DNA of 42,989 bases from the NCBI GenBank assembly GCA_026014515.1, contig JAOZIG010000039.1, forward strand, positions 1-42,989, written 5' to 3'. This DNA comes from Candidatus Bathyarchaeota archaeon. GTDB taxonomy: Archaea; Thermoproteota; Bathyarchaeia; TCS64. Made by a program: the position numbers and the translations under genes. Position 1 is the stretch's first letter. Each line of letters starts with the position of its first letter. Positions 18,740 to 27,528 of the stretch are shown piece by piece. The notes beneath the pieces are model-generated. The model was given only the letters and a program-made list of their open reading frames with translations. It did not search any database and was not told the origin of the DNA.

Positions 18740-19048
18740 GTGACCAAGAAAAGAAGCAGCGGAGGACGCAGCAAGGGAGGGAAAGGGCGATCCGGCATGG
18801 TCCAATGCAGCTATTGCGGCGCCCAAGTACCACGAGATAAGGCTAAACGCCAGACTAAGTACACGAGTCTTGTGGACTCAAGAATCTTAAAGGAACTTCG
18901 TGATCAGGGAGCGAGTGTAAACCGCACCAAGACCACCAAGTATCTCTGTATCAGCTGCGCGGTTCACCGCGGTGTAGTAAACATCCGGAGCAAGGAAGAT
19001 CGTAAGTATGTTCCACGTCGCCGGAGACCAAGAAGAAGTAGTAGTTAA
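18740..19048 (+). CDS. rps26e: 30S ribosomal protein eS26
   Basis: (M)TKKRSSGGRSKGGKGRSGMVQCSYCGAQVPRDKA ... YLCISCAVHRGVVNIRSKEDRK parallels the eukaryotic RPS26 N-terminus and CxxC blocks. GTG 18740 gives MTKKR; the ORF track uses TTG 18734. Confidence 0.85.
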   Translation: MTKKRSSGGRSKGGKGRSGMVQCSYCGAQVPRDKAKRQTKYTSLVDSRILKELRDQGASVNRTKTTKYLCISCAVHRGVVNIRSKEDRKYVPRRRRPRRSSS

Positions 19049-19050
19049 TC

Positions 19051-19650
19051 CTACTTTTTCTCTATCATTTTTTTAAAGTAAGTTATTCTCTGAACCACAG
19101 TGATTAGTGCCAATACGGCTAGTATGATTATACTGTAATTCAAGACCGGTGGATACCAGAAAGACATAATACTACAGATGCTCAGGAAGGTCATCCGCTC
19201 GGCGCGCTCAGCTAAACCAATCCCCGCCATCTTAACACCCTCCATCTCGGCACGAGCCCTTGTATAACTCACAAGCATTGAGGCGAATAGGGTTACTAAT
19301 CCAATGACTTGGTTACAGAGACCCGCGACTATTATGCCTGTATAGATTACCGCGTCACTGTATCGATCAATTACGCTGTCAAAGAAGCCCCCAAACCGTG
19401 TAACCTTTCCAGTACTACGGGCGAGTACTCCATCAACGGCGTCTACCAGTCCAGAAACCGTGATAAGAACCCCGGCATAGACTAAGAAAACCCTGTTACC
19501 CGGCACCAAGAAAAACAAGTAACCCGTAACAGTGGCTAGTACGCCTCCAAGGACGGTTAGCATATTGGGTGTGATGCCTAGTTTACCAAGGGGGGTTACA
19601 GCTGACTTGACTGTTGCCTCGAACTGTTTCTTGAGCTTGCTTGAGACCAA
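19051..19650 (-). CDS. CDP-alcohol phosphatidyltransferase (archaeal polar-lipid head-group synthase)
   Basis: DAVDGVLARSTGKVTRFGGFFDSVIDRYSD is the Dx2DGx2ARx8Gx3Dx3D signature. Multi-TM. Confidence 0.8.
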   Translation of the reverse strand: MVSSKLKKQFEATVKSAVTPLGKLGITPNMLTVLGGVLATVTGYLFFLVPGNRVFLVYAGVLITVSGLVDAVDGVLARSTGKVTRFGGFFDSVIDRYSDAVIYTGIIVAGLCNQVIGLVTLFASMLVSYTRARAEMEGVKMAGIGLAERAERMTFLSICSIMSFWYPPVLNYSIIILAVLALITVVQRITYFKKMIEKK

Positions 19651-19685
19651 TTTCTGGGGAAAAGAAGCTAAGCCTCGGTAAAAGC

Positions 19686-20981
19686 TTATCCTAGACGCTC
19701 AGCGATACCCTCCGCCGCGACGAGCCCAGTTGCTGCCGCTCCAATGATTCCCCTGCTTACTCCTGCACCATCCCCCGCTACGTAGAGGTTAGGTATCCTT
19801 GTTCTGAGCTGTTTATCGGTGGCTATTCGCATGGCGTAGAACTTTATTTCTGGACCATAGAGTAGTGTGCTGTCGCTGTTGATGCCGGGCATTACCTTGT
19901 CCAGCATCTCTAAGCCCTCTGTGAGGTCTGTGATGATTCTTTGGGGGAACGCCATGGTGAGGTCTCCCGGGGTTACATCTCTGAGGGTAGGTGATACGTG
20001 GCTTCTGTCGATACGTTCCCATGTACTCCGTTGGTGTTTACGCAAGTCTCCAAGTCTTTGGAGTATCGGCTTATGTCCTCCCAGCGTGTTTGCGAGCTGC
20101 GCTATCCTGTGTCCATAGACTGTGGTGTTTTCCAGTGGCTGTGTTAGGCTCATACGTGTTAGGAGCGCGAAGTTTGTGTTTCGGCTCTTTGTGTCTCTCA
20201 TGCTGTGTCCGTTTGCTCCGAATAATCCGTCGCCGTAGGGTTCTCTTACGACGAACCCGGCAGGGCATACGCAGAATGTTCTGACAAAGTCGTCGTAGCT
20301 TGGGGTGTACATGTGGAATTTGGGGTCCCAGCATCCGTAGCCGTGGATTACCTCGTCCATTACCTCGTTGGGTACCTCGACTCTGACGCCAATATCTATG
20401 GGGTTATACTTCATGGGAACATTGTTTTTGTTCATCTGGTCTATTAGCCACTGGCTGCCTATCCTACCGGGTGCTAGGAGCACTGTATCAGCGGGGAAGG
20501 TCTCGTCATCGTTGACTACGGCGGTTACTTTTCCATCCTTGACTATGATGTCGTTTGCACTTGTCTTGAGTCTGATATCGACGCCGTTATCCAGTAGGTG
20601 TTTCTGCATTCGTGCCATCACATCAGGTAGATAATCGGAGCCAATGTGGTTCTGCTCTATCTTGACGAACTTGATGCCGGCTTTGCTTGCCTCTGTTTCT
20701 AGTTTCTTCAAGCCCTCCTCGTCGCTGTGTGCCATCTCGACGCCTAGTTCTGTGAAGCTGTCTCTGATCTGGTATGTGAGTTTCCATGCTTCTTCTGGTG
20801 TCATGAACTCTGTGAGGTCTCCACCGATCTGGGGGTGGAAGTTGAGTTTGCCGTCGCTGTGGAGTCCGCTGCCTCCTACGAAGTTTCTTTTTTCGAGAAT
20901 TGTGACGCTGTGGTTTTTCCCTAGTCTGTGGGCTGCCCATAATCCGGCTGGTCCGGCTCCGACGATAACGATCTTGCTCAA
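19686..20981 (-). CDS. FAD-dependent oxidoreductase (COG2509-like)
   Basis: N-terminal IVIVGAGPAGLWAA...ILEKRNFVGG dinucleotide fold and C-terminal YVAGDGAGVSRGI. TTG start. Confidence 0.7.
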   Translation of the reverse strand: MSKIVIVGAGPAGLWAAHRLGKNHSVTILEKRNFVGGSGLHSDGKLNFHPQIGGDLTEFMTPEEAWKLTYQIRDSFTELGVEMAHSDEEGLKKLETEASKAGIKFVKIEQNHIGSDYLPDVMARMQKHLLDNGVDIRLKTSANDIIVKDGKVTAVVNDDETFPADTVLLAPGRIGSQWLIDQMNKNNVPMKYNPIDIGVRVEVPNEVMDEVIHGYGCWDPKFHMYTPSYDDFVRTFCVCPAGFVVREPYGDGLFGANGHSMRDTKSRNTNFALLTRMSLTQPLENTTVYGHRIAQLANTLGGHKPILQRLGDLRKHQRSTWERIDRSHVSPTLRDVTPGDLTMAFPQRIITDLTEGLEMLDKVMPGINSDSTLLYGPEIKFYAMRIATDKQLRTRIPNLYVAGDGAGVSRGIIGAAATGLVAAEGIAERLG

Positions 20982-21149
20982 TGGTTACCGTTGTTATTGC
21001 TCCTTTTCTAGCCTTTTAGGAGTATCGATTGGTTACTCTGTTTCCTTGGTGCTGATTAACCGGGGCTCTGGTAGGGATCAAGATCGAAAAGAAGCCTTTC
21101 TGGGCTATCTTAGCTGCTTGGAGCCTGTATTAGGGCGGAGACGTTGATA

Positions 21150-21164
21150 CCCCCTCCCCCCCCC
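21150..21164. repeat. C5-T-C9 tract (G9-A-G5 on the minus strand) at a gene 3' end
   Basis: Read directly: gata-CCCCCTCCCCCCCCC-tatgg. Its last C (21164) is part of the TAG stop of 21164..21751 (-). Confidence 0.9.
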
Positions 21165-21751
21165 TATGGTGGGGGTTTGAGAAGTTGCCTGTATCCCTGC
21201 ATATCCCAGTAGATGAGTAACATAACAGGGATCATGATCACCAAGACATACATCATCACAGCGTCTAACGTGACGCTCCAGAGGAACCAGATCACTACAC
21301 ACGAGAAAATAAAATAAATTCCTAGTTGTCTGACCCTGAGTGAGACTTTCTGCCCGAGTATGTCTGGTGGGAATAGTTCAATCCAGATTGAGTTTGTAAC
21401 CTCTACTCCAAGTTCCTTATAGAGTTCCAGTAGCTTGGTTCCCCAGTAGATGTATCCCTTTGTCTTTTTCCCATGAAGTGTCTGGGTTATCGTGATGTTT
21501 ACATGTATGTTTTCATCGAATCCAGAGATTCTTATCTGTATGTTCTTGGGTAGACTATCCGTTGGTCCTGTACTATATTGTAAGACCTCTGCGTTGTAGT
21601 ATGCCTCAAGGTCTGTGGGTGGGTTTTCTTTTGTTACACTTAATCCGTTGAAACGAAGCCAGACGTTAATGGTATCATAAACCTCTTCAACGGTGCCTTG
21701 ACGCACTATTATGCTCTGATTGTAGGGGACTGTTCTTGTGAACACGTGCAC
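21164..21751 (-). CDS. hypothetical membrane protein
   Basis: 195 aa with a soluble N-terminal domain and two C-terminal TM helices (IYFIFSCVVIWFLWSV, VMMYVLVIMIPVMLLIYW). No named family. Confidence 0.45.
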   Translation of the reverse strand: MHVFTRTVPYNQSIIVRQGTVEEVYDTINVWLRFNGLSVTKENPPTDLEAYYNAEVLQYSTGPTDSLPKNIQIRISGFDENIHVNITITQTLHGKKTKGYIYWGTKLLELYKELGVEVTNSIWIELFPPDILGQKVSLRVRQLGIYFIFSCVVIWFLWSVTLDAVMMYVLVIMIPVMLLIYWDMQGYRQLLKPPP

Positions 21752-21789
21752 TCAGTATCTGTTATTGTAAGGTGAAATAAATCATACGC

Positions 21790-22422
21790 TCATAACGCTA
21801 ATTGAAGCAGTTCTCTCCGAGTAATCATTCCAGTTATCTTCTCTCGTTTTTTCAACAAGACCGCGTTCTCGTTCATGAGTACCTGAAATATCTCATGGAG
21901 CGATGCGTCTTCCGAGTACTCGGGAATGTTTTCCAGTAACCCCGTCTCATCTATAGTCAACTCCTTGAATCTCATAATCCAAGTCTCGGTTGGCTCGTTT
22001 TCAGGTGGGAAAAGAAAACCATGTAACAGTGTTGGAAGAGTTACTACCCCGATATATCCTTCCTCTGATCTAACGATGACCTGCTGAAGCCGGTGTTCAA
22101 ACATTTTGTCTGCAAGGTCTTTGACCCTGTCCTTGTTTGATGCCCATATTATCTGTTCGCTTGGTATCATGAGCGTTGTGACTGGGACATTCTTGGGGAT
22201 TGATGAGAACCTGCTTGCTAGGTACATCATGAGGCTGTGTGCCTCATCGTATAGGAGTCTGCGGTTTCCGCTGAGGAGTTTGGAGACCTGTGACTGGGAT
22301 AATCCTATTTCTTCTCCTAGTTCTAGTTCGCTTATATTGTGTTCTCTGCGTCTTTCCTGTATCTCGTATAGTAGGGATTCCTTTGATGGGATTCGTGTGG
22401 GGTGGTGGGCGTCACTACTCAT
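21790..22422 (-). CDS. HTH (XRE-like) + CBS-domain regulator
   Basis: ISELELGEEIGLSQSQVSKLLSG HTH is followed by a CBS-pair-like region (VIVRSEEGYIGVVT..., ITGMITRRELL). Divergent from an MFS gene. Confidence 0.6.
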   Translation of the reverse strand: MSSDAHHPTRIPSKESLLYEIQERRREHNISELELGEEIGLSQSQVSKLLSGNRRLLYDEAHSLMMYLASRFSSIPKNVPVTTLMIPSEQIIWASNKDRVKDLADKMFEHRLQQVIVRSEEGYIGVVTLPTLLHGFLFPPENEPTETWIMRFKELTIDETGLLENIPEYSEDASLHEIFQVLMNENAVLLKKREKITGMITRRELLQLAL

Positions 22423-22475
22423 ATTCTAAAATCGAATATCTATATAATTAAGTATTCTCAAACCACGCAACTGGT

Positions 22476-23747
22476 ATGGAAACACAGGAGAAAAACATCA
22501 AAGGCTTCATGCTAATCTACTCAGGACAGATATTCTCACTATTCGGCTCATCACTGGTAAGATTCGCACTCATATGGTGGCTAACACAACTAACAGGATC
22601 AGCACAGGTACTTGCTACAGCTAGTCTGATGGCGTTTCTCCCAGACCTAGTCATCGGTCCATTTGCTGGGGTTCTTGTTGATCGTCTTGACCGGAAAAAG
22701 ATAATGATCGCAGCAGATGGATTCACAGCGCTAGCAACAGGCGTCTTGGCTATACTGTACTTAAGGGGAAGCCTTGAGGTGACGTATGTTTATGGGCTTC
22801 TTCTCGCAAGAAGCCTTGGGACTGCCTTTCATTTCCCAGCTATGGAGTCATCCATCGCTCTCATGGTCCCAAAGAATCAGCTTCAACGAGTCTCAGGTCT
22901 AAAGCAGAGTGTTAATGGGTTGATCAACATCGTTGGTCCTCCTGTTAGCGCGTTTCTTATCGCATTCCTTCCACTGGAGTGGATACTAGCCATAGATATT
23001 GTAACCGCGTTGGTCGCTATTCTGCCCTTACTGGTAACGAGTATTCCCAGTCCAGAGAACAAGGATAAGCGCATAACCGTATCATCTGTTCTCTCTGACT
23101 TTAAGGCAGGGTTCGATTTTCTGTTGGGTTGGAAGAGTCTGCTATTATTTGCTCTCATGATTATGCTTGTGCATATCGTTGTGATTCCCGCAATGTCCTT
23201 GATGCCTCTTCTCGTTACTGACATATTTGGAGGCGAGGCAACAGAGTTCGCCCTTATAGAATCTGTATTCGGTGTGGGCGTATTAATCGGTGGATTAACC
23301 TTGACTGCTTGGGGTGGCTTCCGTAAAAAAACCAAGACCATCATCTCCTCCCTCATCCTCTGTGGCGTCGGGTTCCTCATAGTCTGGATGGCACCAAGTG
23401 CCCAGTTTTACATCGGGATACTTGGTACATTCATATTCGCTTTTTCCGTAAGCATCGTCGCGGCATCAATCGGGGCACTTCAACAAACAGTGATCCCTTC
23501 TGAGATACAGGGGCGAGTATTCACATTGATCAGAAGTGCAACAAACGCCATGCCTGCCTTGGGGCTGGCTATTGCTGGTCCTATAACGGAGAGTATTGGG
23601 ATCAAGTCTTGGTATCTTGCTGGTGGATTGGTGTTCATCATTGTTGGGGTTGCTGCTGGGTTGATCAGGGATGTACGGGATATTGAGGAGCAAAGAGTAC
23701 ATGGTGATGTGTTTGAGGCTCAGAAACAGCATCAGCATTTACCTTGA
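22476..23747 (+). CDS. MFS transporter (MFS_3/EntS-like)
   Basis: 423 aa, about 12 TM, with GVLVDRLDRKK loop motif. Confidence 0.8.
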   Translation: METQEKNIKGFMLIYSGQIFSLFGSSLVRFALIWWLTQLTGSAQVLATASLMAFLPDLVIGPFAGVLVDRLDRKKIMIAADGFTALATGVLAILYLRGSLEVTYVYGLLLARSLGTAFHFPAMESSIALMVPKNQLQRVSGLKQSVNGLINIVGPPVSAFLIAFLPLEWILAIDIVTALVAILPLLVTSIPSPENKDKRITVSSVLSDFKAGFDFLLGWKSLLLFALMIMLVHIVVIPAMSLMPLLVTDIFGGEATEFALIESVFGVGVLIGGLTLTAWGGFRKKTKTIISSLILCGVGFLIVWMAPSAQFYIGILGTFIFAFSVSIVAASIGALQQTVIPSEIQGRVFTLIRSATNAMPALGLAIAGPITESIGIKSWYLAGGLVFIIVGVAAGLIRDVRDIEEQRVHGDVFEAQKQHQHLP

Positions 23748-23873
23748 TTAGTTAGATTGGAATCCTAGTTTAGTATTGCACCGCTCCAATAATTTTGCTT
23801 ATTTTTGTTAAAAACCTCTTAAATATCGGTATGATATGTTGCTATGCGTGTAAGGATTCCTTTGGTGCATTAA

Positions 23874-24824
23874 ATGAAAGACAGTATGATAGTTGATAGC
23901 CCCCTCAACTTGGGGAAAATAGAGGTTCTAAGAGCCTCAGACATGTTCAACGGAGACCCAGAGCCCAGAAGAGGAAAAGTAAGAGACGTCTACGACATGG
24001 GCGACCACATGTACATCGTCACAACAGACAGAATAAGCGCCTTTGACGTAGTCTACCCTACACTTATCCCACACAAAGGACCAAGCCTCCACGCCCTGAG
24101 CCTATTCTGGTTCAAGGAAACAGAGGACATAATCAAAAACCACCTACTCGAAGTAGTTGACGAACGCACAGTCAAAGTCGTTAAAGCGAAACGCGTTGAC
24201 GTAGAGTGGGTGTGCAGAGCATACCTCTACGGCTCCGCATGGAGAGCATACAACAAGGGAGCAAGAACCATCAGCGGAGTAAATCTACCCGATGGACTAG
24301 TTATGGCTGAGGAGTTACCCGAGGTTATACTGACCCCCACCACCAAGGAAGACAGCGGACACGACTTGGAGATCAGCAAAGCTGAGGCAATCGAGAGAGG
24401 TCTCAGCACCAAGGACGAGTGGGAGCTACTTGAGGAAGCCACATTCAAGCTATTCGAGCGGTATCAGCAGGTCTCAAAGAAACACGGATTAATTATACCC
24501 GACTTTAAGCTAGAGTTCGGCACTGTAGGCGACGAGTACATCCAGATCGATGAACCGCCAACCCACGACAGTGCACGATACTGGGCAACGCAATTCTACG
24601 AGCCCGGTAAACCACAGGAAGCCACATGCCTAGACAAGGAGTTCCTAAGAAGCTACCTACGAAACATCGGCTACATGGGTGATGGACCACCACCAACTAT
24701 ACCCGCTCCAGTTGTACGTGAGGTAAGCAAGCGCTGTATCGCATCATACAAGGTGCTCAGCGGACAAGCCAAGCTTGAAGATTTCAACCTAAAGACCGTA
24801 GACCAGGTAATGGAGGAGCTATAG
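23874..24824 (+). CDS. purC: phosphoribosylaminoimidazole-succinocarboxamide (SAICAR) synthase
   Basis: GKVRDVYD, TDRISAFD and DFKLEFG blocks. Long-form PurC. Confidence 0.9.
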   Translation: MKDSMIVDSPLNLGKIEVLRASDMFNGDPEPRRGKVRDVYDMGDHMYIVTTDRISAFDVVYPTLIPHKGPSLHALSLFWFKETEDIIKNHLLEVVDERTVKVVKAKRVDVEWVCRAYLYGSAWRAYNKGARTISGVNLPDGLVMAEELPEVILTPTTKEDSGHDLEISKAEAIERGLSTKDEWELLEEATFKLFERYQQVSKKHGLIIPDFKLEFGTVGDEYIQIDEPPTHDSARYWATQFYEPGKPQEATCLDKEFLRSYLRNIGYMGDGPPPTIPAPVVREVSKRCIASYKVLSGQAKLEDFNLKTVDQVMEEL

Positions 24825-26275
24825 TGGAGCTTCGGGAAAAATGCGGCGTATTCGGCATCTATAGCCCGGATGAGCAGGTTTTCCCGTACCTCTACTGGGG
24901 CATGCTAGCCCAGAACCACCGTGGACACCAGAGCCACGGCTTCGCCACCTACAACGATGGCTTGGAGTTCTACACTGAACTCGGACTTATCCCACCAATA
25001 AAGGAGCCTGGGCAAGAGAGTCGCGTCAAACAGCTTCCCGGAAATATTGGAATCGCAAACGTCAGATACACTACAAGTGGTAGTAACGAGTATGCTGCCC
25101 TCTGCTATGATGCTATGCCTATACTGAGTGTAGGTGAGTCACGTAGCCTAGTACTGAGCTTTAACGGTAACATCGTTAATGTTAGGGAACTTCAAGAAGC
25201 AGTTGGAGTAAGCAAGGATACATCAGACAGCCATGCGCTTGCTGCGATGATAGTTAAGAAACTGGAAGAGACTGGCAGTTTACCAAAAGCTGTCACTGAG
25301 TTGATGAAGATAGTTGACGGAGCCTACAGCATCACTGGTATTCTTGATGACGGTACATTGTTTGCCTTCAAGGACCCTTGGGGGCTGAAGCCCCTCTGTT
25401 ATGGGTTCAGTGACGGTAAATACGCGTTCAGTAGCGAGAGCACAGGACTAGCCATCAACGGCATCGAGTGGCAGCGTGAGCTCAGACCCGGCGAGTTACT
25501 GATAGTAAAGGATGGGATGATGTCCCAGGTGCAAGCATATCCATCGAAACAGCAAGCGTTCTGTGCCTTCGAGTACGCCTACTTCAGCAGACCCGACAGC
25601 AGGTTCAACGGAAAATACGTCTACGAGGTACGCCGAGACCTGGGTGCAGCCCTTGCAAGAATATACAAGAATACTGTTGATCGCTGTGATGTGGTTGTGT
25701 GTCTGCCTGAGAGCGCAAACGATGCAGCCTATGGATTCCACGAGGAGTCTGGGCTCAGATGGGAGATGGCGTTAAGACGTCACCGATATGTTTCTCAGCG
25801 TGCTTTCATCACTGATGGTGTGGACCGCCAGAGCGTTATCTATCGTAAGCTCAACATATTGGCGCCAAAAATAGTGGGCAAACGCATCGCAGTAGTGGAT
25901 GATAGCATCGTTAGGGGTGATACCATGCGTGGTAACATCAAACGTCTCAGAGAAGCAGGCGCACGAGAGGTACACCTATTCATCAGCTACCCGAAGATCA
26001 TCGGACCCTGCTTCTACGGAATCGACATGAGCACCTACAGCGAGCTAATAGGCGCAAGGATGAACTCAGAGGAGATGGCAAAGGAACTTGGCGCAGACAG
26101 CGTCAACTATATGCCCATCGAGGAGTACATCAAAGAGACTGGCATGAGACGCGACCAGCTATGCCTTGGCTGTATATCCAACAAGTATCCGACTCCAACA
26201 GCTGACAAGATCGCCTCTGATATACGTGAAGAACTGGCTAAAGGCGGCGAAGAGAAGGGCAGAGCCTACGAGTAG
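24824..26275 (+). CDS. purF: amidophosphoribosyltransferase
   Basis: A short propeptide precedes CGVFGIY (Ntn catalytic Cys). PRTase loop VVDDSIVRGDT. Cys pattern (CAFEY, GPCFYGID, CLGC) fits the [4Fe-4S] type. The GTG start shares 1 nt with the purC stop. Confidence 0.92.
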   Translation: MELREKCGVFGIYSPDEQVFPYLYWGMLAQNHRGHQSHGFATYNDGLEFYTELGLIPPIKEPGQESRVKQLPGNIGIANVRYTTSGSNEYAALCYDAMPILSVGESRSLVLSFNGNIVNVRELQEAVGVSKDTSDSHALAAMIVKKLEETGSLPKAVTELMKIVDGAYSITGILDDGTLFAFKDPWGLKPLCYGFSDGKYAFSSESTGLAINGIEWQRELRPGELLIVKDGMMSQVQAYPSKQQAFCAFEYAYFSRPDSRFNGKYVYEVRRDLGAALARIYKNTVDRCDVVVCLPESANDAAYGFHEESGLRWEMALRRHRYVSQRAFITDGVDRQSVIYRKLNILAPKIVGKRIAVVDDSIVRGDTMRGNIKRLREAGAREVHLFISYPKIIGPCFYGIDMSTYSELIGARMNSEEMAKELGADSVNYMPIEEYIKETGMRRDQLCLGCISNKYPTPTADKIASDIREELAKGGEEKGRAYE

Positions 26276-26277
26276 CC

Positions 26278-26733
26278 CTATTTTTTAGCTTCTATTTTAT
26301 GGATTGATAATGTTAGTATTATCAGTGCCGTGAATCCAGCGACCTCCGGGCTTACACCTTGAGGTGTTACCTGTGTGTCTGATTTCTCGCTGTAGATTAT
26401 CTCGTACCCGTTATCTGTTTCTTCTAAGAATATGATGTGGGTTTTTGTTGTGTCTATGTTGCTTGCTGGTATCTGTATCTCTAGTTCTGCCACTGAGCCC
26501 TTGGCATAGGATGGTGCCATCTCTATTGTCTCTGTCTTGAGTATTCTATCGACCTGTACAATTGATACTTGTTCTTCCTCGATGGTCTTGGTTTCTAGTA
26601 TCCTGCCTTCTATTATGAGGTCGGCTGTTTCCCATCTTCTCTCGTTTGGTGTGATGGCGGTACATGCGATGGGTGTCACCAGCATCATAAAAACTAAGAC
26701 CTGTATCCAACGTGTCTTGTCACTTGGTCTCAT
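26278..26733 (-). CDS. small secreted/anchored hypothetical protein, 151 aa
   Basis: The ATG at 26733 gives [24 protein letters not shown]... (signal peptide with a Cys after the h-region) and a C-terminal [20 protein letters not shown]. Only this 3' part of the 322-aa track ORF is outside purE. Confidence 0.45.
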   Translation of the reverse strand: MRPSDKTRWIQVLVFMMLVTPIACTAITPNERRWETADLIIEGRILETKTIEEEQVSIVQVDRILKTETIEMAPSYAKGSVAELEIQIPASNIDTTKTHIIFLEETDNGYEIIYSEKSDTQVTPQGVSPEVAGFTALIILTLSIHKIEAKK

Positions 26734-26791
26734 ATTATTGTTTGACACCACAGTGGGCAATTTAATAAGAGCGTCACCAGATACCCTCAAC

Positions 26792-27232
26792 ATGGCAAAC
26801 GTATCAATTATAATCGGCAGCACATCAGACCAAGAACTAGGCGACAAAGCAACCCAGATACTAGATGACTTCGGCGTCACATACGACCTACAAGTAATCA
26901 GCGCCCACAGAAACCCAGAGAAACTCGCAGAATACGTCAAGAAAAGCCCAGCAAAAGTGTTCATTACCATCGCTGGATTAGCTGCAGCACTACCCGGCGT
27001 AGTAGCAGCCCAGACCATCAAACCCGTTATTGGAGTACCCAAAGAAGTAAAACTCGGAGGACTGGACAGCTTACTAAGCATAGTCCAGATGCCAACAGGT
27101 GTACCTGTAGCCACAGTGGGCATAGATGGAGCAAAAAACGCATCACTCCTAGCCATTGAGATACTCGCACTACAGGACGAGAAGCTAGCGGAGAAACTCA
27201 ACGAGTACAGGGAGAAAAGAGCCCGATCATAG
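26792..27232 (+). CDS. purE: phosphoribosylaminoimidazole carboxylase/N5-CAIR mutase catalytic subunit
   Basis: [16 protein letters not shown]...[11 protein letters not shown]...[27 protein letters not shown]...[18 protein letters not shown] is a classic PurE. The ATG at 26792 lies inside the longer track ORF 26537..27232. Confidence 0.88.
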   Translation: MANVSIIIGSTSDQELGDKATQILDDFGVTYDLQVISAHRNPEKLAEYVKKSPAKVFITIAGLAAALPGVVAAQTIKPVIGVPKEVKLGGLDSLLSIVQMPTGVPVATVGIDGAKNASLLAIEILALQDEKLAEKLNEYREKRARS

Positions 27233-27528
27233 AAAAATACTCCCAATAACGTCTTCTTATCGATAAAAAACCTATAAAATCAGTTATTATATTTTATACA
27301 CTCTCTGTCAAACTATTAGACGTTTTTAAACCTATTCTAAAGACCTGAAAAGGTTTAGTACCTTATCTACAACCCTTATTCTCTTTTAGAACTGTATTTC
27401 AATTATATATTCAAAACAGGGAGAAATAAAGCCTCTTTCTCCGAAATCAATAAATAATATGGGTGCATGTGTGTGTCCTGACCCCAGGTTTAGCGAAATA
27501 TGACGCCAAATTTGAGGCCAGACAGAAG

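Noticed and set aside
19813-21147. Arg/Pro/His-rich or Ser/Leu-rich ORFs overlapping the FAD-oxidoreductase gene (for example 20071..20334 -, 20623..20940 -, 20644..21147 +).
   Set aside because: They are off-frame or antisense shadows of a gene with a clear GxGxxG fold. Their compositions are typical of non-coding frames.
26734-27246. Upstream two-thirds of the 322-aa minus-strand track ORF (26278..27246).
   Set aside because: It lies antisense to an unmistakable purE (26792..27232, +), and its translation is S/A/F/T-rich low complexity. Only the part downstream of the internal ATG at 26733 lies outside purE and looks like a real protein.
27233-27528. Fluoride riboswitch upstream of the ClC gene.
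   Set aside because: I could not find the conserved crcB-motif core (GGCGAUG...CCGCC...CUGAUGAU-like). The region is simply AT-rich.
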